DNA of 64,000 nt from Eledone cirrhosa (GCA_964016885.1 CAXHJY010001562.1:1-64000); one strand, 5' to 3'; counted from the first letter of the stretch, positions 36,880 through 49,961 are shown. The notes: a model not told the origin generated them from the sequence alone. Made by a program: numbers and translations.

Positions 36880-37076
36880 CCCATCTCTCTTTCTCTCCTC
36901 TCCTCTCTCTCACTCTCTCTCTCTCTCGCTCACTCGCTCGCTCTCTCTTTCTATCTCTCTCTCTCTCGAGAGAGAGAGAGCTTCTCCGTCCTATCTTTTG
37001 TGCTGTTTGTCATTCCATTGTTCCATCTGTGTTAGACGTCTCCAGCTAAACAATACCCTGGGGGAGGCGAGACAGG
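36880..37076 (+). promoter_or_regulatory. Candidate promoter/5' non-coding exon of BMP5-8
   Basis: (CT)n/GA-rich tract followed by a donor-like AGG|GTAATT at 37077; a good acceptor at 37841 just before the ATG implies an upstream UTR exon. Confidence 0.35.
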
Positions 37077-37484
37077 GTAATTTAGCTGGGTGGACACCAC
37101 TGGAAGTAATACACCACCACTACCACCACCCACTACTACTACTACTACTACTACTACACGTTATCACGTTATAAATTGAACTGGATCTCCGTCCGTTTTG
37201 ACGATGAGTGTTCTAGTTGTTAAATTAACGAAACGGCCATCTCTTTTTAAGTCTCCGTGGAACCACTGAGAGGTGTTGTTTACCTCCATTTTCATGGCAT
37301 CATTGAAGGTGAGAGGAGAAACCTTATCACCCCTGGATAAGATGCCAAACTACCACGACTAGAAAGTCAAGTTTGTTGTTGTTTGGTCATTACCGATCAC
37401 GAAGCAAAAGACATTCTAGGCGTGACCATCCTATATTTTTATTTAAGGCATAGTACATCTAAAACTACATTATCTAATAATATG

Positions 37485-37521
<37 letters not shown>

Positions 37522-37747
37522 CTCGTATTTATATACACACACAGTTATATGTATGTATATATGTATGTAATTTATAATTTATATGTATGTATATATATAT
37601 ATATGTGTGTATGCATATATATGTATATGCATATATTTGTACATATATATGTGTTCTCATTACAATTCGGGGACTGCCTTCTCTTAATACAAGATTTTTA
37701 CAGACAGTCCCCAAATCGAATTTTCTATTCCTATCATCCATTATATG

Positions 37748-37793
<46 letters not shown>

Positions 37794-37873
37794 TATATAA
37801 CTTTTTTAAATAGAAAGTAAATCAACTTTATGTATTTGCAGGCGTCTTCCAAATTCCTGACACCAGATAAAAT

Positions 37874-38296
37874 ATGACTGGTCAAGCATTTGCTTGTACT
37901 GGCCACACAGTGTGTCTGCTATTGTTGGCATGTTTACTGGCTCACCTCCCTTGTATATGGACCAGTCGAGTGGAAAATACAGGCTTCTACACGGACAATG
38001 GCCTGGAACAGTCTGTAATGGTCGGACGGATACCGAGTCGTGTGAAGAAGGAATTCCAGCAAGAAATACTAACTTTGATGGGGCTACACCACAAACCGAA
38101 ACCTAGGGCTCTTGGTAAGGAGACCTCGGTCCCCGTTTTATGATCGATTTGTACAACAAGCTGCATGGCTCGGGTGCCAGTGGCGCCATTGATGATGGTG
38201 ATGATGATGAACACCCTCACTTCTTCAGCAGGACTTTAGAAAGTGAAATGCCCAAACTCAACAGTTCCGATGTTATCATGAGTTTTGTCAACCATG
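37874..38296 (+). CDS. BMP5-8: BMP5-8 coding exon 1 (signal peptide, prodomain N-terminus; contains frameshift)
   Basis: Acceptor TTTGCAG| 37841, ATG 37874; frame 1 stops at TGA 38141-38143 and the protein continues in the -1 frame (MIDLYNKL...SFVNH); donor G|GTGAGT 38297. Confidence 0.85.
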
Positions 38297-39147
38297 GTGA
38301 GTTTTTCACTTTTGATATTATTATTGTTGCAATTAGAAATAGAAACTTTCGATAGTGGGGTTTAGAACTCCCTAAGAAATGGAAAGGGATGAGTATTGAC
38401 GTACATGGGAGTTGAACCCACATCTTTGGTTATCCAGACCACTGTGCTACCATTACACCCACACATCACCCATCTCCTTCCATTATTGTGTTGCGGTGGA
38501 TTGGCAGTATCAGTAGAGAGCCGGACGCCATGCTTTCCAGCATAGTTACGTCCCTTTACGATCTGAGTTCAAATCCCGCCGAGGTTGACTTTGCCTTTCA
38601 TCCTTACGGGGTCGATAAAATAAAGTACCAGTAATGCACTGGGTAATTGCTGGCCTTGTGCCTAAAGTAGAAACAATTATTGTGTTGCGGTGGATTGGCA
38701 GTATCAGTAGAGAGCCGGACGCCATGCTTTCCAGCATAGTTACGTCCCTTTACGGTCTGAGTTCAAATCCCGTCGAGGTTAACTTTGCCTTTCATCCTTA
38801 CGGGGTCAATAAAATAAAGTACCAGTAATGCACTGGGTAATTGCTGGCCTTGTGCCTAAAGTAGAAACAATTATTGTGTTATTCCATTTAGCTCAGTTCT
38901 GTTTCTCTATTGCTGGGTTCAGGCCTTTAACCTAGGGCAATAGAGGTTTTCATTGTGGAGAGAGAGACCTCCTCTGACAATGTGTTCTCGTCCTAGTAAC
39001 CTCACCTTCTGTAGCTCATATTTGCTGATCTTGCAAGGAAGGACTCTAAGGTGCAGCTCTCAGGATTAAGGTATTAATACTAATGCTCCTGTTACCATGG
39101 GGATAGTGTTTGTGGTCATCCTCCACATGTGGTTGAGGTCTGTTTCC

Positions 39148-39184
<37 letters not shown>

Positions 39185-40666
39185 TTTAAGGTGGTGGATT
39201 GGCAGAATCGGTAGAGTGTCGGACAACATGCTTAGCAGCAGAGAGTTGGCTTGATCAACTTAGCCTTTTATCTTTCCAGGGGTCAATAAAATAAAATACC
39301 AGTCAAGTACTGGGGTTGATTTAATCAGCTTTCTCCTCTCCGACCCCTCTAACTGTTGGCCTTCTTATACCAATTATAGATAGGTTATATATAATTGTTC
39401 AACCTTTGTTAGCAGGGAAAATAGACATTAGACCTGATGGTGGTGGTGGTGGTGATGGTAGTGATGGTGGTGATGGTGGTGGTGGTGATGGTGGTGATGG
39501 TAGTGGTGGTGGTGGTGGTGGTGGTGATGTGGTGGTGATGGTAGTGGTGGTGGTGGTGATGTGGTGGTGGTGGTGGTGGTGGTGGTGATGGTGATGCGGT
39601 GGTGATGGTAGTGGTGGTGGTGATGTGGTGGTGGTGGTGGTGGTGGTGATGGTGATGGTGATGGTAGTGGTGGTGATGTGGTGGTGGTGGTGATGGTGAT
39701 GTGGTGGTGGTGATGGTAGTGGTAGTGGTGGTGGTGGTGGTGGTGGTGATGTGGTGGTGGTGATGGTAGTGGTGGTGGTGGTGATGTGGTGGTGGTGGTG
39801 ATGGTGATGTGGTGGTGGTGATGGTAGTGGTAGTGGTGGTGGTGGTGGTGGTGGTGATGTGGTGGTGGTGGTGGTGGTGGTAGTGGTGGTGGTGGTGATG
39901 TGGTGGTGGTGGTGATGGTGATGCGGTGATGGTAGTGGTAGTGGTGGTGGTGGTGGTGATGGTGGTGGTGGTGGTGGTGGTGATGTGGTGGTGGTGGTGG
40001 TGGTGGTGATGGTAGTGGTGGTGGTGGTGATGGTGGTGTGGTGGTGGTGGTGGTGATGGTGGTGATGTGGTGGTGGTGGTGACGGTGGTGGTGGTGGTGA
40101 TGGTAGTGGTGGTGGTGGTAGTGGTGGTGGTGGTAGTGGTGGTGATGATGGTGTGGTGGTGGTGATGGTGATGGTGGTAGTGGTGGTGGTGGTGATGTGG
40201 TGGTGATGGTAGTGGTGGTGGTGACGGTGGTGGTGGTGGTGGTGATGTGGTGGTGATGGTAGTGGTGGTGGTGGTGGTGGTGATGATGATAGTGGTGGTG
40301 GTGATGGTGGTGGTGGTGGTGGTGGTGATGGTAGTGGTGGTGGTGGTGGTGATGGTAGTGGTGGTGGTGGTGATGGTAGTGGTAGTGGTGGTGGTGGTGA
40401 TGGTAGTGGTGGTGGTGGTGGTAGTGGTGGTGATGGTGGTGTGGTGGTGGTGGTGGTGATGGTAGTGGTGGTGGTGGTGATGTGGTGGTGATGGTGGTGG
40501 TGGTGACGGTGGTGGTGGTGGTGATGTGGTGATGGTAGTGGTAGTGGTGGTGGTGGTGGTGGCGGTGGTGGTGGTATCCAATGCATAACAGTATGGAAAA
40601 ACAGATTTTAAATGAAATGATATACATATATATGTGTATACACAAATTTACATATAAATACACACA

Positions 40667-40758
<92 letters not shown>

Positions 40759-43700
40759 CACACACAGTTTATATAACCTTGCCAGAAGAGGATGTCCTCT
40801 CTCGTGTTACTTTCTATATCCTGTAAATTTAGTTAATTCCCCATAAGACAGATACACAGACAGACAGACATACAGACAGATACACAGACAGACAGACAGA
40901 CAGACAGATACACAGACAGACAGACAGACAGACAGATGGACAGGACAAACGGACATGTCATCATCATCATCATCATCAGTGTTTGCTAGGTCAGTCATTA
41001 TATGACAACAGGGTGCCACTTCCTATTGCTAACCTCACCAAACCTACCCATCCACCTTAATTGGTACTTTGGCTTCCCCATGTTGAACTGGTGAGCTGTG
41101 GGACGTATTGTTTACGAGAGACATCGACAAATGTCACCAGGTTCACCCATGCGTGACAGTGTTATTAAGGCTTAGACAGTTAGAGCCACAGATCCAACCA
41201 TGTGTGACAAATGGCTTTCTTTTCTTCTATAATAACAGGTTTGCTCCTCCAGTTGTCTGCACTGTCTGCTGAACCTGAGCATATTTCTAATAAAATGTCT
41301 CACCACCACCACCACCACCACCACCATCATCGACATCATCTTCTACCTGAGAGGGTCGTTGGGGGTGTGTGGGTAGAGTGTTCAAACACTCCTTCCAGCA
41401 GGTCCTAAGGGTTCCTATTTAAACCGGCCATATCTGGCCAGAATTTTCTCACCTCTTTCTGGTCAAACCGGCTGTAACTGGCCACTCATACTGATGTTAA
41501 GGTATAGTTCTCAAAATAAATAATATCAAAATCTTGTATAATCGATATTATGTGAGATATTATGTGAGGTAAAGCCTTTACTGTGAAAATACAATAGTAT
41601 ATATAGAGTAGTGTAAATGTTATGTGAGGTAAAGCCTTTACTGTGACAATACAATAGTATATATAGAGTAATGTAAATGTTATGTGAGGTATTATGTGAG
41701 GTAAAGCCTTTACTGTGACAATACAATAGTATATATAGAGTAATGTAAATGTTATGTGAGGTATTATGTGAGGTAAAGCCTTTACTGTGAAAATACAATA
41801 GTATATATAGAGTAATGTAAATGTTATGTGAGATATTATGTGAGGTAAAGCCTTTACTGTGAAAATACAATAGTATATATAGAGTAATGTAAATGTTATG
41901 TGAGATATTATGTGAGGTAAAGCCTTTACTGTGAAAATAAAATAGTATATATAGAGTAATGTAAATGTTATGTGAGATATTATGTGAGGTAAAGCCTTTA
42001 CTGTGAAAATACAATAGTATATATAGAGTAATGTAAATGTTATGTGAGATATTATGTGAGGTAAAGCCTTTACTGTGAAAATACAATAGTATATATAGAG
42101 TAATGTAAATGTTATGTGAGATATTATGTGAGGTAAAGCCTTTACTGTGAAAATAAAATAGTATATATAGAGTAATGTAAATGTTATGTGAGATATTATG
42201 TGAGGTAAAGCCTTTACTGTGATAATAGAATAGTATATATAGAACGACAAAGCATAAATGAATTGAGAGAGAGACTGAGCATAAGAGGAATCAAATGCTG
42301 TGTGCAGGAGAGGTGGTTGCGCTGGTATGGACATGTGATGCGTATGAAGGATGACAGCTGCATAAAAAGGTGCAGAGCACTAGAAGTCGATGGAAACCGC
42401 GGAGTGGGGAGACCCAAGATGACCTGGGATGAGGTGATAAAAGCCGACCTTACCCAATTACACCTCTCAAAGGCAATGACACACGACCGTGACCTCTGGT
42501 GTCACGCAGTAATACAGAGTACCCGACCTCCCATGGGTACAAGCTGAAGCATATAGACAATATGCCCCCACAGCCCCCACCACAAGGTGGTCGTGGAGGT
42601 GCCACGAAAAAGCACCCAGCACTCACTGTAAATGAGGTTGGTGTTAGGAAGGGCATCCAGCTGTAGAAATCAAGCCAAATCAGCCGACCAGACACTGCCC
42701 ACAACAGGACAACCCATCTAACCCATGCTAGCGTGGAAGAACGGACGTAAAACGGTGATGATGAGAGTAATGTAAATTTTAATAAATTCATTAAAATTCC
42801 TCGTTAATTAATTAATTGAAATAGAATGTATTTCATTAGAAATATGTTGAGGAAAGAGTTAAAATATAAAACACAGATTTAGACAGCTTGTGTGTGTGTA
42901 TGTATGTTTGTAAGTGTATGTGTGTGTTTGTGCATGTGTGTTCTTATGAGTGTAGTTTTGTTCGTGTGTGTGTATATATATATATATATGTTCATATGTA
43001 TGTGTCTATATGTGCATGTTTGTGTGTATATGTTCATGTGTGTGTATATATGTCCGTGTGAGTTCACATACATGTGTATGTTCTTGTGTGTGTGTGTGTA
43101 TATATGTGTATGTATGTGTATATATGTGCATGTATATGTTCGTGTGTTCATGTATGTGTATGTTTGAGTGTGTGCATGTGTATATATATATCATCATCAT
43201 CATTTCATTTTACGTCCGCTTTTCCCTGCTTGCAAGGAACTGATTCTGGCTTGATTTCTACAGTGGGATGCCCTTCCTAACACCAACCTCATTTACAGTG
43301 AGTGCTGGGTGCTTTTTTGATGTGGCACCTCCACGACCACTTTGCAGTGGAATGATATGGACCCTATCATCTCATTTCTACAGTTGAGTAAACTGGAGCA
43401 ATGTGAAATAAAGTGTCTTGCTCAAGGAAACAACACATCACCCGGTCTGAGAATTGAACTCACAACCTTTCGATTGCAAGGCCAATGCTCTAACCACTAA
43501 GCCATGTGCCTCCATGTGTATAAATATATGTGTTTATATGTGTGTAGATGTATACATATGTGTGTAGGTGTATATATATATGTATGTAGGTGTATATATA
43601 TATGTATGTAGGTGTATATATATGTGTGTAGGTGTATATATATATGTGTGTAGGTATATATATATGTGTGTGTAGGTGTATATATATGTGTGTGTAGGTG

Positions 43701-44922
43701 TATATATATGTGTGTAGGTGTATATATATATGTGTGTGCATGGCCCTGCATCTTTAGACATGGCTGTCAGAAACAACGTATGTTAGGTGCAGCTTATATC
43801 AAAGTGTCGTTATAATTAATATATTTGATTAGCTACAGATGTCGTTAAGGAGTGTCTCACATTACCCAGTGTAAGCAATCAAATCTCTCCCACAGAAAAA
43901 AACACCCTACCTCACCTCACAACCAATCCCCGCCATCACCCTACACCACTAACCCCTAACACCCCACTACACGAACATGTGAGAGAGAAGTTGTGTGTTT
44001 ATCCAACAAGTTGCCCAAAACAGCAGCTAAAATATCTCATTTTACACCCTTGAAGATCTTTGGTGGATTAGCAGAATCAGTAGAGGGTCGGATGCCGTGC
44101 TTTGCAGCATAGAGTTACGGTCTGAGTTCAAATCCCACGAGGTTAACTTTACCTTTCATCCTTACAGGGTTGATAAAATAAAGTACCAGTAATGCACTGG
44201 GATAATTGCCAGCCTTGTGCCAAAAGTAGAAACAATTATTATAGTTACAGTCCTTTATGTACTAAGTTCAAATCCTGCTCGGGTTAGCTTTTCCTTTCAT
44301 TCATACAGGGTCAATAAAATCGCTGGTCTTGTGTCTAATGTAGAAATTATTATCATTAATACTATTATTTCCAGTGCACAAAATTCATTTCCTTCGCCAT
44401 GAAAGAGACAGGACATTCTTCTTTGATTTTGGAGAAGTGTCACCGCAGGAGACAGTGACAGGAGCCGAACTGAGGTTGTATAAAAGCAATGATAGACGGA
44501 ATCGTCAGACAACATATCATATTGAAGTATTTACCATTGAACAGGGAGTTGATGAACAGTACGTATACCCTCTATTAATTATACACCCAGTTATATCTTG
44601 AAATCATCATCATCATCATCATCGTTCTACATCTGATTTCCATCCTAGAATAGTAGAGTCATATTTTCTCAGAAATTGAGATGGTATATATATATATTGA
44701 ATAGCTGAATTCCACTACTATAGGCTTTCTGATGAAGTATTGCATATGATTGAACAATATATATTGTAGTCAGCATATGTAGACAATTATAATTAACACA
44801 GAAACATATGTTATAGCAAATAAATTCCTAATCTCTTCACACCAACGTTTTATTTTTCTTGTTGCAATATATATATCACCATTTATCAAAGGTCCATTTT
44901 CCACGCTAGCATCTATTAGACA

Positions 44923-44958
<36 letters not shown>

Positions 44959-46375
44959 TCCATAATCACTAATCCTAAACATAATTCAGGATTAATTTAG
45001 TTTCTAAAATAAACATAACTTAATAATATATCTTGTAAGTAAGAATATCTTAAGTGATTGTACAGGAACTTCAGAGAAAACACATGTTCAATACACTGAG
45101 GCTAATATTTCATATACATATGTTGTTTTCACATTGTATCATATTGGAGGTGGTAGTGGTGAGGGGGGATGAGGGTACTGGAGGTGGTGGTGGCCGTGGT
45201 AGGGTGGTGGGTGGTGGTGGTAGGGTGGGGGAACTGGTGGTGTGGTAGAGTAGGGGGTGCTGGTGGTGGTAGTGGAGTCAGGGTGGTGGTACTGGAGGTG
45301 GTGGTGGGGTACTGGTTGTGGTAGGGTGGTGGTGGGGAGTCATTGGATAGCACACATATCCCCATCAACCCCTCACACACACACACACACACATGCTGCT
45401 TTCATATTTTATCCTACTGGAGCCTGTTGCTGGTGGATGGTGGAAGGCATTAGATGGTACTCACACACACACGTCTTGTTTTCACATTGTATAATCCTGG
45501 TCTGGTGGGGTGGATTGGCTGGTACCCTCCTCCACACACTTTTCAGTAAAGCACCCTGCCCACCCAGAATGATCTGTAGCCCACCCACCCTCTCTCCCAG
45601 CACCCAGACTTCGCAATGGGCCTGTACCTTACTATATATTATAAAAATTACATTAAACATTTCGTTACCACCTGAAACCACTTCTCATTCTACAATATAA
45701 GACTGTTTATTTTAAAGTGTTTATATTCACCTTTGTTAAGTTATGTTCCATATACCAGTTTTATAATGAGAAAGTTACTAATATGACTAAAACTATTTAT
45801 TTTAAACTGTTTATATTCATCTAAAAACTTTCCCTCATAATCCTTTGTTAAGTTATGTTCCATATTCCAGCTTTATAACGAGAAAGTTATATGACTAAAT
45901 CTCTATAAATTCTTGATTATTTTCAAAATTACTTGAAAATTATAGACTTTGTCTTTCATTAGAATTATGGTTACGGTGGTGGTGGTAGGAGTGGTAGTTG
46001 TGGTGAGGTGGTGGTGCCAGTGGTAGTGGAGGTAGGGGTGGAAGTAGTGCCAGTGGTGGTGGTAATGAGGTGATAGTGGTGGTAGTAGAGGTGGTGATAG
46101 TGATGGTGTTAGTGGAGGTGGTGCCAGTAGTGGTGGTGGTGGTGGTACCAAGTCAGTAAATTCTTACTTTATGTTATTATAATTCTATCAGTGAAAATAT
46201 GTCTATATAATTAGTTAGACATGTCTGAAAGTGGTGTGGTGTGTATCTGTAGGGATATATGTGTGTGTGTTGTGTGTATGCATATGTATGTGGGTACGTA
46301 AATATAAATATATACACACACACATATATATATATATATAGTCTTGCAAGCAAAGAAAGCAGACGTAAAATGATG

Positions 46376-46425
<50 letters not shown>

Positions 46426-46431
46426 TATTAT

Positions 46432-46480
<49 letters not shown>

Positions 46481-49400
46481 TATACATGTGTGTGTGTGTG
46501 TTAGTGTTCCAGCAATAAGCTCTGGTAAGACAATGAGGTATTCCATGTAAAAGAAGTCTTCTGTCTGTAGAACCAGACAAGATGGAATCTAATCCAGTTG
46601 GTTTCAAACATAAATAAAACTGCTTCCAACAAGAAATTAACCAAATTCTCGCATCACTAACACCACTCCCACCCCACCACCACCACCACGCCACTCCCCA
46701 CCACCACAATCACCACTATTATTGCCATACCCCCCCCCAATCCCACCACCGCCACCAATATAGACAACTCACTTCTCTAACATGTTGCTGTTGTTGTTGT
46801 AATTCTTATTGTTGTTACAGTTGTTGTTGTCTCTGTTTTTCTTTACTTTAAATATGTTTGTTTAGTAAATCTTTTCTCCTAACAAAATGTCCGCCTGTCG
46901 TATTTGGCACCAGTTTCTGTTGTTTAGTCACTGGAACAGCCTATATATTAACTTAACATACCAGTGGCTGAGTATTCCACAGACATATTTATCTGTAACC
47001 CTTTCCTTACTATATTTATAATGAAAGACTCTGACAATGGTTTTTAAATAGTTTTGAAAATAATAAAAAATGTTGAGATATTTAGTAATATAACTAACTT
47101 GTTCATAATAAAGATGGTATATGGAACATAACTTAACAAAGGTTTGTGATTGAATATTTCACAGCTCTATCATCACTCATTCATAGGCAGACCAAGATTG
47201 CCGGATACATTCCAAATAGGGTAGTTTACCTTACCACCTCAAAACAGGAACCTTTTGTGATATCATTTGGCCCTTTTTTCCATACCGTCAGTCTAGTCTT
47301 GTAGCTGTGTCTAGGCCATGTTTAACGATCTCTTACTTACTTGTATTTGTGATGATGTTCACCCAGGGTGGGTTGAACTGACTCCATCGAAGGAATTCAC
47401 AGTGTACGTAAGTTCATTTCAATGGAGTTCCTTTGGCCGATAGTTTCACAAGCGGTGCCAAACTGCAAGTATATGCTCTTTAGGATAGTGCAGTCCAAGC
47501 ATTGCATTAGTTATAGCGCTGAGCTCATGCTCTCACACCCAACTTAATTTGATGGAGCCAGTGCCCTAATGAGGATGCATGAAAAGGAGTTTGGCCAGCA
47601 TAGTTGATAAAAACAACCTATTTGAGCCACTTTGTAGAACTACAGGAGCTCACCCCACTTCCCAGCTCAGGTACGCTGACCCTTGGCACGGTTTAACAAC
47701 CTCTCTGAGGGTGACACCTTTCTTTGTTTGTTTCAGAGATAAGAAGCTGGTCCCTGAAACAAGATATTCTGTGTCATCTGACTATGAAGGTTGGATCTTA
47801 ATGAATGTCACCAATGCTGCAGACTCGTGGACTATCAGGCCATTTTCAAATATGGGTCTTTACCTGAAGATCACTGACAGCAGCACAGGTGAGACATTTT
47901 TAAAAACTATTTATTTATTTACTTATTTTGTACTTTCTTTCTTTATATTTATTTGGTGTGTGTGTGTGTGGACTGTGTGTGTGGACAGTGTTTGGTGTGT
48001 GTGTGTGGACAGTGTATGGTGTGTGTGTGTGTGTGTGTGGACAGTGTATGGTGTGTGTGTGCGGACAGTGTATGGTGTGTGTGTGTGGACAGTGTGTGTG
48101 GACAGTGTATAGTGTGTGTGTGTGTGTGGACAGCGTATGGTGTGTGTGTGGACAGTCTATGGTGTGTGTGTGGACTGTGTGTGTGGACAGTGTATGGAGT
48201 GGGAGGCTGAAGGTGGAGAACGTGCTGCAGCATGGCACATCCTAGTTTAGATATTTAACCCCTCCCTGAACAAGAAGAGGGTTATCCTGTTTGGGTATTT
48301 ACCATCACAACAGTTGAGGCCTTCTGGCTCCAGTTGTGACAGGAAACCAGCTGTGTGAAGGCTCCGTTTCCTGTTTATTTCTCATTTTCAGAACTTTTAT
48401 TTTAACTTTTAAAATGTTTAATTTATTTTTAATTTTTTTTTATTTTTAAATTTCATTTCAATTTCTTAAAATCTCTGTTCCATTTATTGACCCCTATTTT
48501 CTTTCTCACCATTTCCTCTAGGTCAAGAATTAAGACCAAACCATATCGGTATTGTAGGACATAGAGGAGACCCTGAAAAACAAGCATTTCTAGTCTGTTT
48601 CTTCAAGATGAGTCGACAGCTACACGTACGCCGAACACGCTCTGCACGAAGGCAAATGGATTCCCGAACAGCAGTTTCAAACCGTGAAGATTCCCACTGG
48701 ACATGGAGACGAACACGTTAGTTCCTCTTTCCTCCCACCATTGTGTTTTTCGGTATATTGTGTGTGGTGTCCTGTAGTTCAGTCTACTGGAGCAACATGA
48801 AATGAAGTGTTTTGTTCAAGAACAGAACTGTTATATAATTAACCAGCCAGGCTGGAATCAAAAGATTAAGAACTCTTGATGTTGTTGTTGTTGTTTCTAC
48901 CATTTATAACGCAAGAACTGCTACAATTGTGTCATTTCTTGTCTATTTCCAGGACGTTATGTACGACCAGTTTGCCAACGAAATACAATGTATGTTGACT
49001 TTGAAGCTTTAGGTTGGCAGGTGAGATTTATTTTTCTATGCATTTTAGATCCGAGTAAGAAAGGAACTGCGACCCTAACCATTTTATTTTATATTATATT
49101 ATATTTTTATTTATTTTATTTTTTAATTTTTTATTTTGTATTATTTTTCAAACTTCCCACCCCACTCACCTCCACCTAAATCAGTATTATAGTCAGAATT
49201 CTGAGTTCAAAACCTACTATGGTTAGCTTTGTTTTTCATCCTTATTGGGTCGATAAAATATAGTACCAGTAATGCACTAGGGTCAATTTAATCGACTTTC
49301 TCCTTCCCTTCAAATTGCTGGCCTTGTGTCTAAACTAGAAACAATTATTATTATTATTACTCCTCTAAGGTCAGCTTTGCCTTTCATCCTTCCGAGGTTG

Positions 49401-49802
49401 ATAAAATAAAGTACCAGTAATACACTGGGGTCGATTTAATCAACTTTCTCCCCTCCACCCAAAATTTCTGGCCTTGTGCCTAAAGTAGAAACAATTATTA
49501 ATCAACTAATTAAAATATTTACTTTCTTCTATTTCTACCAGAGTTGGATTATTGCACCCGAGGGTTATTCTGCGTTCTACTGCGACGGAGAGTGCATATT
49601 TCCTCTTGGTCTCAACATGAACGCCACAAACCATGCTATCGTGCAACTGTTACTCCACACTGTGAAGTCTCAGGCAATGCCGAAACCTTGCTGCTCACCT
49701 ACCAAACTTAGCGCCATATCTGTGCTTTATTTTGATGATAACTCTAATGTCATTCTCAAGAAATATCGAGGTATGAAGGTGAAGGCCTGCGGTTGTCACT
49801 AG
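37874..49802 (+). CDS. BMP5-8: BMP5/6/7/8 (gbb/60A) TGF-beta family ligand, ~427 aa if a 1-nt deletion at ~38131-38139 is corrected; join(37874..38296,44375..44558,47737..47888,48522..48716,48953..49020,49542..49802)
   Basis: Signal-peptide-like N-terminus; prodomain motifs [54 protein letters not shown]; furin site RRTR; mature domain [34 protein letters not shown]...NATNHAIVQ...[29 protein letters not shown]...CGCH. All introns are GT-AG with matching phases. Confidence 0.93.
38400..38462 (-). pseudogene. Degenerate tRNA-like sequence (Gln-like; probably a SINE head)
   Basis: Minus strand GGTGTAATGGTAGCAC...GGGTTCAACTCCC (A and B boxes); the acceptor stem does not pair. Confidence 0.4.
38484..38880 (+). 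mobile_element. Head-to-tail tandem dimer of SINE family A in BMP5-8 intron 1
   Basis: Two near-identical ~193-nt units joined at ATTATTGTGTT. Confidence 0.85.
39436..40576. repeat. (GGT)n-derived tract in BMP5-8 intron 1
   Basis: Direct inspection. Confidence 0.97.
41545..42242. repeat. 72-bp minisatellite, ~10 copies
   Basis: AAAGCCTTTA recurs with period 72 (e.g. 41991, 42063). Confidence 0.95.
42243..42763 (+). mobile_element. RTE-clade LINE 3' end
   Basis: [45 protein letters not shown] (WxGHxxR...GRPxxTW), 3' UTR ending in (GAT)n. Confidence 0.82.
43190..43515 (-). mobile_element. SINE family B copy
   Basis: Reverse complement closely matches 55853-56194. Related fragments at 32540-32735(-), 60380-60560, 63440-63540. 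Confidence 0.8.
44375..44558 (+). CDS. BMP5-8: BMP5-8 exon 2 (prodomain)
   Basis: TTTCCAG|; [37 protein letters not shown]...; donor CA|GTACGT. Confidence 0.9.
44724..44817 (+). ncRNA. Type I hammerhead ribozyme motif with long stem II
   Basis: GCTTT-CTGATGA-(TGCATATG..ACAATAT/ATATTGT..CATATGTA hairpin)-GAAAC-ATAT-GTT^ATAGC, then AATAAA at 44819; one mismatch in stem I. Confidence 0.55.
47737..47888 (+). CDS. BMP5-8: BMP5-8 exon 3 (prodomain)
   Basis: TTTCAG|; [50 protein letters not shown]; donor G|GTGAGA. Confidence 0.9.
48522..48716 (+). CDS. BMP5-8: BMP5-8 exon 4 (prodomain end, furin sites)
   Basis: CCTCTAG|; [44 protein letters not shown]...; donor C|GTTAGT. Translated by hand (not in the ORF track). 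Confidence 0.88.
48953..49020 (+). CDS. BMP5-8: BMP5-8 exon 5 (start of mature domain)
   Basis: TTTCCAG|; [23 protein letters not shown]; donor CAG|GTGAGA. Confidence 0.92.
49542..49802 (+). CDS. BMP5-8: BMP5-8 last exon (cystine knot)
   Basis: CTACCAG|; [18 protein letters not shown]...KACGCH then TAG. Confidence 0.95.
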   Translation, partial: SWIIAPEGYSAFYCDGECIFPLGLNMNATNHAIVQLLLHTVKSQAMPKPCCSPTKLSAISVLYFDDNSNVILKKYRGMKVKACGCH

Positions 49803-49886
49803 GGTTCCGTTTACCTTACCTTACCTTACATTACCTCACCTCAGTTCATACCTCTACATCTTGAAATATCCACCAACATAGCACTG

Positions 49887-49961
<75 letters not shown>

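Noticed and set aside
38140-38143. Bacterial-style ATGA translational coupling of two BMP ORFs
   Set aside because: Better explained by a 1-nt deletion in one eukaryotic exon; reinitiation would lose the signal peptide.
38400-38462. Functional tRNA gene
   Set aside because: A and B boxes are present but the acceptor and anticodon stems do not pair; treated as a SINE head or pseudogene.
39399-40765. Pro/His/Thr-rich extensin- or mucin-like ORFs
   Set aside because: (ACC)n repeat translation.
41486-42334. 282-aa repetitive hydrophobic ORF
   Set aside because: Read-through of the 72-bp minisatellite, antisense within a BMP intron, with no domain.
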